Positions 56,680 to 64,000 of a DNA stretch of 64,000 bases are shown piece by piece. The notes under the pieces were generated by a model that saw only the letters and a program-made list of their open reading frames with translations, was not told the DNA's origin and did no database searches. Location of the stretch: contig OZ251222.1 of assembly GCA_965240325.2 (NCBI GenBank), positions 1,240,001-1,304,000 of the forward strand, in the 5' to 3' direction. Both the position numbers and the translations under genes were made by a program. Position 1 is the stretch's first letter. Every line of letters begins with the position of its first letter. Source of the DNA: Rebecca billardiae RCC1528. Its lineage: Eukaryota > Protista > Haptophyta.

Positions 56680-57736
56680 TATATATTATTCCTTAACCTG
56701 GTAGCAGGCGCAGCGGTACGACTTCTGCCGAGTGCCACACTGACAGTCGGCTCGCCTGCGGGCAAAGTCACAGTCGCAACTACTGTACTGTGTGGCAGGT
56801 ACCGCGTGGGTCTACTTAGCTAGCTGCTACTCCTAGCTTTCCGAGACCAGCTGAGTAGTCGCGCTTCTTCACTACGTAGTACTACGTAGTCGACTAGGTA
56901 GCGACGGTCACGACGATACGCGGATCATACGGATTAGGATACTGCGATTCGCCTTATTGTCAGCTGGAATGCTTGGGTATCAGACGTCGGCGGGGGATTC
57001 GGCGGGGAATCGCGCCCGGCGAGAATCCCGGCGCGCGGGCGTCGGACCCCGCTGGCTGCGACTCACCTCGCTGCGGTGGGCCGTAAGTTGGCGCGATGTC
57101 AGCGGCGGGCGATTGCACTGCCGACGCGCCGGCCTCGACTCTCGAGCGCGGCACCCGCACCCGCGCATGAGGCCGCACCTGCTTCCGCGCGGGCGGCGCC
57201 GGGCGCGCCGGCGGTGGCACTGCGACTACGTCGGGTTTATTACGTAGTGGCTACGTAGTCCAACTACTTAGCTACCTCGGTCGGCACCCCAGGCAAAGTA
57301 ATCAGCACTACGTTGCTACCTGGTCCTGGAACCGAGTGATGTAGTGATGGCTACAGGCTACTTATGCAACTACTTAGTACGTAAATGTTTACCTACCATG
57401 CCCTGGCGTCGGCGGGATGGTGGCGCCGATGACAGGCCGTCGCGAGCGCGCGCGCAGCGGCGCTTGGGTGCATGGAACCCGCGCGCGCCGCTGAAGCGCG
57501 CGCGTGCACACGCCACCACCGCCGACCCGCTGCCCGTGACGTCCTGCTCGGCTGGAGCGTCGCACGCGCGGTCGCGCGCGAGCGTGAAGTAGCTCTTGCC
57601 ATATCACATATGCCCGCGGCTCACGGTGTGCCCATGCAGACTCGGTCTTCGGACTTGTCATCAATAACTTTGATCGTCGGACTTGTAGTATTTACAATAT
57701 TAGTATCTATTCAGCGCAGTTTTGTAGAATATTTTT

Positions 57737-57739
<3 letters not shown>

Positions 57740-57804
<65 letters not shown>
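57740..57804. repeat. (TA)n microsatellite
   Basis: About 32 perfect units. Confidence 0.98.
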
Positions 57805-57807
<3 letters not shown>

Positions 57808-58032
57808 GGATTATAGCCGCGACATGATATGCTGCTATCACTCATCTAACTTGGAGTCACTCGTCATCAAGACTCAAGTCCTTCAATCAACTATCAAGAG
57901 TCAAGTCCGGAGCAGCGCCAGCACTCAGCATCATGGGGGCACATGCCAATCCGGCCGCCGCGCAGTCTGACGTCGACGGCGCCAGGCGCGGACTCGGCAG
58001 TGGCCAGTGGGCCCAATGACCAGACCGAGTGC

Positions 58033-59462
58033 TCAGGAACCTGCCATCATGCAGCCATCCGGGCATGCATCTGCTGCAGAGTCATCGCGATGACGGGCAT
58101 CAAAGCTGCCAAACAGCAGGCCATGCTTGGCAGCCGCCATTCGCCGGCGCGTGCGTGCCGCGCCCGCCGGCACGCAGCCTTCTGGGCATTCCGTGGACGA
58201 GTCGTCGTGGGCCTCCTGGACTGGCGGCGTCGACTGCAAGGGCACGGGGCTGGGCTCGACGGGGCCGTCGATGGAGGGCACGGGCGAAGGCTCGGGCGAA
58301 GGCTCGGGCGAAGGCTCGGGCGAAGGCCAGGGTGAGGGCCAGGGCGAGGGCCACGGCGAGGGCCAGGGCGTGGGCGAGGCATCGGGGGTGGGTGAAGGAG
58401 AGCCGATCATGATCACGTCGCTTGCGTCGGTGTAAATGAGGTCGAAGGCATCCGCGTAGATGTAGTCCACGTTCTGATCGTCGGCATACACCTTGTCCAC
58501 CTCGCCGTCGCGCACGCGGATGTAGGACACGCCCGATGTGGACGAGGAGGCGTCCGCGCGAATGATGTCCTTCCCGGCTCCGCCTGCGAGCCGCGCCGCG
58601 CCGCGCGGGGATGCGCGGGATCATCAGCGAGCGAGCGCTCGCCATTCACATCTGGGCCGAGCGCAGCCGACACGCACCATAGAAGATGTCCTGATGATAG
58701 CCGGTGGTGGAGCCCCGGAGGTAGTCGTCGCCATCGCCTCCTGTTGCGGGCGCGGCGCGCGCCCGGGGAGGGAGGGCGCAGTGAGGAGCTGCTGCCGCAC
58801 GCTGGCAATGGCCCGCCGCGCGTGAAGGCGAGACTCGCAGCCACGCACCGTGCATCTCGTTGAGCAGGGCAGAGCCAGTTTTGCCGCCCGGGTTCGCGCC
58901 GCCGAGCAGCCGGTCGTTGCCCGCACCGCCGTACAGGTAGTTCCACGCACTGCCACCAGATGCCCCCTGGACTGACATCCCAGCACTGCCTCCGATGAGC
59001 TCGTCGTCGCCGCCGAGGCCATAAATCGTGTTCGTCACGTCACCGCCGAGATAGTAGTCGGGGGACGCGTACCAGGCTGATCCACCGCTACCTCCCGTGA
59101 TGCTGTCCCCGTAGGCAGTCCCATAGACCTGGTTGTCCGTCTCGTCGCCGTCGCCGGAGGCGGTTGCATCCGTGCCACCTGGCAGGGTTGTCGTCACGCC
59201 CTGCAGGGATCGCCGTGCCGTGCTGGGAGCCTCATCGGTCCTGTACGCAGAGGGAAAGGAGCGGCGCAACTCGTCAAATGCGCGTGCGCTCACGCGGGGC
59301 TGGGGGGAGAGTGGAGCCCACGCGCAAGACAGGCAGGCCGCCACACCGTCCTGCTGTAGCCTTGCGAGCCTCACGGGCCGTGGGCGCCAAGGGCAACCCG
59401 AGAGACGCATGAAGGGCCGCGAGGATGACACCTAGAAGCAAGGCTCCCGCCGAGCTCCGCAT
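58033..59462 (-). CDS. Secreted protein with RTX/hemolysin-type Ca2+-binding repeats, a PSP(W/E) stalk and a Cys-rich tail; introns include 58848-58741 and 58677-58584
   Basis: Signal peptide MRSSAGALLLGVILAALHASLG. Nonapeptides GLGGDDELIG, GGAGNDRLLG, GGDGDDYLRG, GGAGKDIIRA, then (PSPW)4(PSPE)3. The first intron boundaries are uncertain. Confidence 0.75.
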
Positions 59463-59787
59463 TGTCGATCACTCTAGCGGTGTGACCGGCAGCAAAGCTT
59501 GTGACCGCCCTTGGTCGCGTTGTGGAGGTGGGGGAGCGCCGGAGCGGCTGCCAAGAAGTGGGGGAGTGGCCGGGCGGCGGCCCCCCCGCAGCAGAGTGCT
59601 GGATTGAATTCTCGTCGGGACGAACGAAACGGCGTGATGACTATGGAGAATTCAGGGGACGATTCGACGAAATTCGTACAAAAGTCAAAGTAGTAGCAGG
59701 ACAAGTGTAGGACAAATTCAAGTACGTAGTAGTACTTTACCAGAATCAATGAATCGTCGCTCATCACTGGTCAAGTGGTCATTCACG

Positions 59788-62093
59788 ATGGTATCCAGCA
59801 TGGGCGCCGCGCTCATCGCGCCCATCGCGCTCGTCGCGCTCATCGCTCCCGGCGTGTCGGCGGGGCGGAGCCCATTGCGCGCGTACGACTGCAGCGCGCC
59901 CTTCGCAGAAGGGGCCTACACGCTGCACTGGGCGCTCGAGCGGCCGCAGCGGTGCGCCGCTGCCGCCGACTGCCCGCCCTCGCACATCCGCCTCGGCGTG
60001 CAGCTCGAGCTCCGCGGCCAGACCGCCACGGCGGCGCACGCGCGCGGCTGGTGGGTGGCGTTCGGGATCTCCGAGGCCGGTGGCCTGCGCGGCGTCGACA
60101 TGGTGCGGTACGACGCTCCCCCTGCCGCCGCGGGCGCGCGCGCCAACGGCACCACCGCGAGGCTCGTCGACGCGCACACGCGCGCGAGCGCGCAGATGCT
60201 GCCCGACGCGCAGCAGGACTGGGCGCTCGAGCGCGCGCCGGATGTGGCGTACACGCCGCCGTCGCTCGGCCAGGGTGGCCTCACTCGCCTCGTCGCGCTC
60301 GTGCCCATGCGCCGCGCGCTCCGCACGTCGGATCGTCAGTTTGACCGCGCGCTCGCCGAGGACAGTCGGTTGCCCCAGCTCGCGACCAACGTCGTGGGGC
60401 AGTGGGGCGTGGGCGCGTACGATGGCGAGCGCGCCGCGCGCGAGCGCGCGCCGACGCTCGTTGCCCGCGGCGCGCGCGTGCTCAAGCCCGCGCGTGGCGC
60501 GGCCGAGCGCGGTGGCGAGGCCGCCTACGTGAGCGCACAGCTGCGGCTGCACCGGCGGCAGTGCGACACGCCGCTCGAGGCGTTGCGCCGGGAGACGCCC
60601 GGGCTGCGCCGGGTGCGCGTGCGCATGCGCGAGCGGGTGATCCCCCCGCCCGAGCCGTCCGACCGCTCGGGCGCGAGCGCGTACACCCTCGAGTGCTTCG
60701 ACGTCGCCGACCTGCTGCGTGATGGCACGCGCGCCGCCGTCGGCGCGGCCGGCAGGGTGGACGAGACCGACGCTGCCGACGACGGCGGCGGCGGCGGCGC
60801 GCTCCACGCTCTGGCATTCGAGGCGCGGGTGTGGCCGCCGTCCAACGAGCGGCACGTGCACCACATCTCGCTGCAGACGCGCGCCGCCGGCTGCGCCGAG
60901 CGCCCGCCCGCTGCGCAGCCCGACGCCTTCCTCGCCTCCTGGACCCCCGGCATGGAACCGGCGGTGCTACCGGCCGGCGCGGGCGTGCGCATGGGCGGGC
61001 CGGGCGCGCCGCGCGCGCTGGTGCTCGTACTGCACGCCGAGCCGCGCGGCGGGGGCGCGCTCGAGCCGGACTCGTCGGGCTTCATCATGTACTTCGTGCG
61101 CGCGCCCGCCTCGCGCGCACGCGACGCCGCGGTCATCGAGATCAGCGCGACCGACGGGCTGATGGGTGCGCCTCTTCCAATCGGTAGCTCGCGGCTCCGG
61201 TTGAGTCGGCCGGTGGTCGCGCCCGCCGCGGCGCACGCGTCGACGGAGCCCGTCACCGTCTTCATGGCGGCGGCGCACATGCACGCGCTCGGCGTGCGCG
61301 CGCGCCTCACCGTCCGTGCGGCGAACGGCTCCGTCGTGCGCGTGGACAGCGTGCGCGCCCGCGCCGCGCACCACTGCGCAAGCGCCGCCACGCAGCTCGC
61401 CGCGCGCGCACGCGCGCGCAGCACCGCACACAGCCGCCCGCACGCGCTGAGCGCGGCGCGGCGCCGCCCCGCGCCGTGGCTGCGTGTCGCGCGCAGGTGG
61501 ACTACTACGACCCCTCGGCCACGCTGGCGGCCGCGCCGCGCTCCACCAGCGGCGGCTTCACCCTCCAGCCCGGCGACTCCCTCCAGTACGAGTGCGACTT
61601 CCAAAATGACGGCGACCGATGTGACTCGGTCAGAGCGCGCGCGCCGCCGGGCGCGCCGTGTCGCACGTTTGGGCTCGGCGCGCGCCACGAGATGTGCAAC
61701 ATGTTCCTCGGGTACTACCCGGAGGCTGCGGCAACGCGCGTGTGCGTGCCAGACGAGAGCGCTGCGCGCGTCAGCGCGCGTCTCCGCCGCCGCCTCGGCG
61801 TCGGAGCACGTGCGCCGCGCGCACAAGCCAACGGCGCCGCTGCCGCCGCTGCCGCCTCGACTCGGCCGGCCCGGCGGCTGCATCCGGGCGGCGGCATGGA
61901 GCGCGGCGGCCACGTTGGAACCATCGTGGCGACCTGCCACGTGGACCGTTTTGAGGTACTGCGCGAGGGCGTGGTGCACAGCCACGCGCAGACCGCCTCA
62001 TCACCAGGCGTCTGGGGATATGCAGGCGGCAATGATGATGAGGCGCACGAGCGACTAGGCAGCATCGGGCATGACATCTGGCACTCAGACTGA
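59788..62093 (+). CDS. DOMON-domain copper type II ascorbate-dependent monooxygenase (DBH/MOXD1-like); intron 61351-61496
   Basis: Signal peptide, DOMON (WVAFGIS..GGLRGVDMV, DAQQDW), CuH HVHH..LH, CuM HMH and HEMC, PGDSLQYEC, GYYP. Confidence 0.85.
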
Positions 62094-62423
62094 GGCAGTG
62101 ATGCAGCGCTGGACCGCGCGGTACTGCGGTCCTTCTAGCTACGCACCGGGAACGATTCTGATTAGCTAGTGATGGACTAACACGTCGTTGCGGCGAGTGA
62201 CGAAATGATGATGATGACGCGATGACATGAATCATCATAAATTCATAATATATGCGCTGATGAGACTGACTCTGATGAAGTCGTCCGGCCGCGATGTATT
62301 GCTGCGCTGACTACGACTATTCCTTCGGCGTCGTTGTCGGGACTCGGCCTCGGGTGATCTACAGAGTAACTCTACAGGTCTAGACTCCAGTTACTCAACA
62401 AGCTGTGTAGCAGTCTCAGCTGC

Positions 62424-63860
62424 TCAGCCGCCCGAAGTTGCGACGAAGCGCTGCACGACGGGCACCGTGCCGAGCACGAGCGAGAGGATGCCAAAGGCGA
62501 GGATGAGCCCCTGCGGCGCGTGCGCCCACGCCAGCGGCGGCACCGCCGGCTCGGCGCGCGCGCGCACCTTGAGGTAGAGGGCGACGGGGAGAACGAACGC
62601 GACCAGGTTGGTGCACACCGCGCCGTTCAGGCTGAGCACGAGCGAGAGGTCGGAGATGAGCAGCGCGACGGCGACGGCGGCGAGGTTGAGCGCGAGCGTG
62701 ACGCCGTAGAACTGCGCCGCGCTCGCCTCGAGCCGCGCCTCGTTCCTCCCGAACGCAAAGTCGATCAGCGAGAGCTTGCACGGGATCATCATGATCATGT
62801 ACGAGAGGACGACCAGGTCTAGCAGCGCGAGCCGCGCGACGATGGCGGTCGGCGACTCAGGCGCAAAGTTGCGCAGCACGTTGCCCTGCACGCCGTCGGT
62901 GAAGGTGACGTACGCGATCGCGCCGATGAAGAAGTCCATCGCGAACACCAGCGCGTACGCGTTGCGCGACACCGCGCCGACGTTGGCCGCGCTCGTGTCG
63001 CGCATCGTCGCGAGCACGACGCCGCCGCCCGCCTGGATCGAGAAGACGAGGAGCAGGATCGGGAACGCCGACATGAACTCGGCGGCGGAGGGCGGCCCCC
63101 ACGCGAGGGCGCCGAGGGCCGGGAGGCCGGTGTGCGCGAGCTGCGCGGCGCAGTACACCGAGACCGCGACGAGCATCACCACGCCGCCGAGGAACGCGAC
63201 GAAGGAGAGAAGGGCGACCGCCTTGAGTGAGCGCACGAGCGTGGTGGGCAGCAGCAGCGCCGCCCAGCAGCCGATCAGGACGAGGCGGGAGGGCGGCGTG
63301 GCGTCGGCGCTGAGGACGAGGGCGAGGAGCCCCTCGACTGCGTCCGCCGCCGCGTCCACGTACGACACGCAGCACAGGAAGCCGAAGACGGAGTAGAGCA
63401 GGATGAGCGTGACGCGGCCGGCGCCGCCAAACGCGTGCGCGCCCAGCTCGGCGCTCGCCGGGTCCGTCTTTGCGAGGCCGTTGGTCGTCACGTTGAGCAG
63501 CAGCGTGTAGCGGTTGAGCACGGCGGAGAAGAGCATCATGCCAAGCGCCGGCAGGATCCCCGCCTTCGCGATCGCGAAGCCCATCGAGAGCATGCCCGAG
63601 CCTAGGCAGTTGTTCAGCAGATTCACAATCGCCTCACCGTTTGTCTGCAAAGACGCGGCGGCGGCCTCGGCGGCCGGGGTCACCTCCGCGGCCTCGTCGG
63701 CCTCGTGGAGAAGCACGCTCAGCTTCTTGTCAGGCGGGGCGATCAGCCCTCCCACCACCGAGATGCGCCGCTGCAGGCCCGCGGTGAATCGCGACGACTC
63801 GCCGAGCGCGCCACGGGTGATCACTCGGCCGTGCGGCGCCATGAACGCCTTCGAGTCCAT
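62424..63860 (-). CDS. Amino acid transporter, AAAP/SLC38 (Aa_trans) family
   Basis: AIVNLLNNCLGSGMLSMGFA, about 11 hydrophobic segments, GNVLRNF, LNGAV...FVLP. Confidence 0.9.
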   Translation of the reverse strand: MDSKAFMAPHGRVITRGALGESSRFTAGLQRRISVVGGLIAPPDKKLSVLLHEADEAAEVTPAAEAAAASLQTNGEAIVNLLNNCLGSGMLSMGFAIAKAGILPALGMMLFSAVLNRYTLLLNVTTNGLAKTDPASAELGAHAFGGAGRVTLILLYSVFGFLCCVSYVDAAADAVEGLLALVLSADATPPSRLVLIGCWAALLLPTTLVRSLKAVALLSFVAFLGGVVMLVAVSVYCAAQLAHTGLPALGALAWGPPSAAEFMSAFPILLLVFSIQAGGGVVLATMRDTSAANVGAVSRNAYALVFAMDFFIGAIAYVTFTDGVQGNVLRNFAPESPTAIVARLALLDLVVLSYMIMMIPCKLSLIDFAFGRNEARLEASAAQFYGVTLALNLAAVAVALLISDLSLVLSLNGAVCTNLVAFVLPVALYLKVRARAEPAVPPLAWAHAPQGLILAFGILSLVLGTVPVVQRFVATSGG

Positions 63861-64000
63861 GCTCTGCAGCGATCGGGTGACGTGGCGCAGGACGCGCCAC
63901 CGCCCCGCGGCCGTCCGCTTCGACGGCGCCGCCGCTGCCGGCGCCGCCGGCAGCAGTGGCTCAGCACGCTCGCCGTCATCTGCGCGCTCGGCCGTCGCCA

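Overview
This is a GC-rich, gene-dense eukaryotic nuclear segment. The LHCX-type antenna gene with a signal-like leader, the flagellar PG-repeat gene and the short GC-rich GT-AG introns suggest a flagellated chlorophyll-c alga, probably a haptophyte (inference). About 20 protein-coding genes are supported, many in tight head-to-head pairs: a MYND-finger protein, an MDR oxidoreductase, an ODF3/SHIPPO-repeat protein, a mitochondrial carrier, an SGNH/PC-esterase-like protein, a RAD5-like SNF2/RING helicase, a patatin-like protein, Sas10/Utp3, ATP-PEPCK, an Rnl2-type RNA ligase, an MBL hydrolase, GDT1/TMEM165, an OTU deubiquitinase, LHCX, a JMJD4-like hydroxylase, a CDK-like kinase, an RTX-repeat secreted protein, a DOMON/Cu-monooxygenase and an AAAP transporter. 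The intergenic space holds several unannotated non-autonomous mobile elements, a 465-bp inverted duplication, a 25-bp satellite, short dispersed repeats and (TA)n/(CT)n tracts. The most notable observations are: (1) a CDK-like kinase with an apparent fused C-terminal cyclin box; (2) two Helentron-like elements sharing termini but carrying different spliced-gene-like cargo; (3) a 465-bp inverted duplication upstream of two divergent ORFs; (4) CACAG-ended TIR elements; (5) a bacterial-style RTX Ca-binding protein and an intronless Rnl2 ligase. Exon boundaries were inferred by eye, and no database searches were run.
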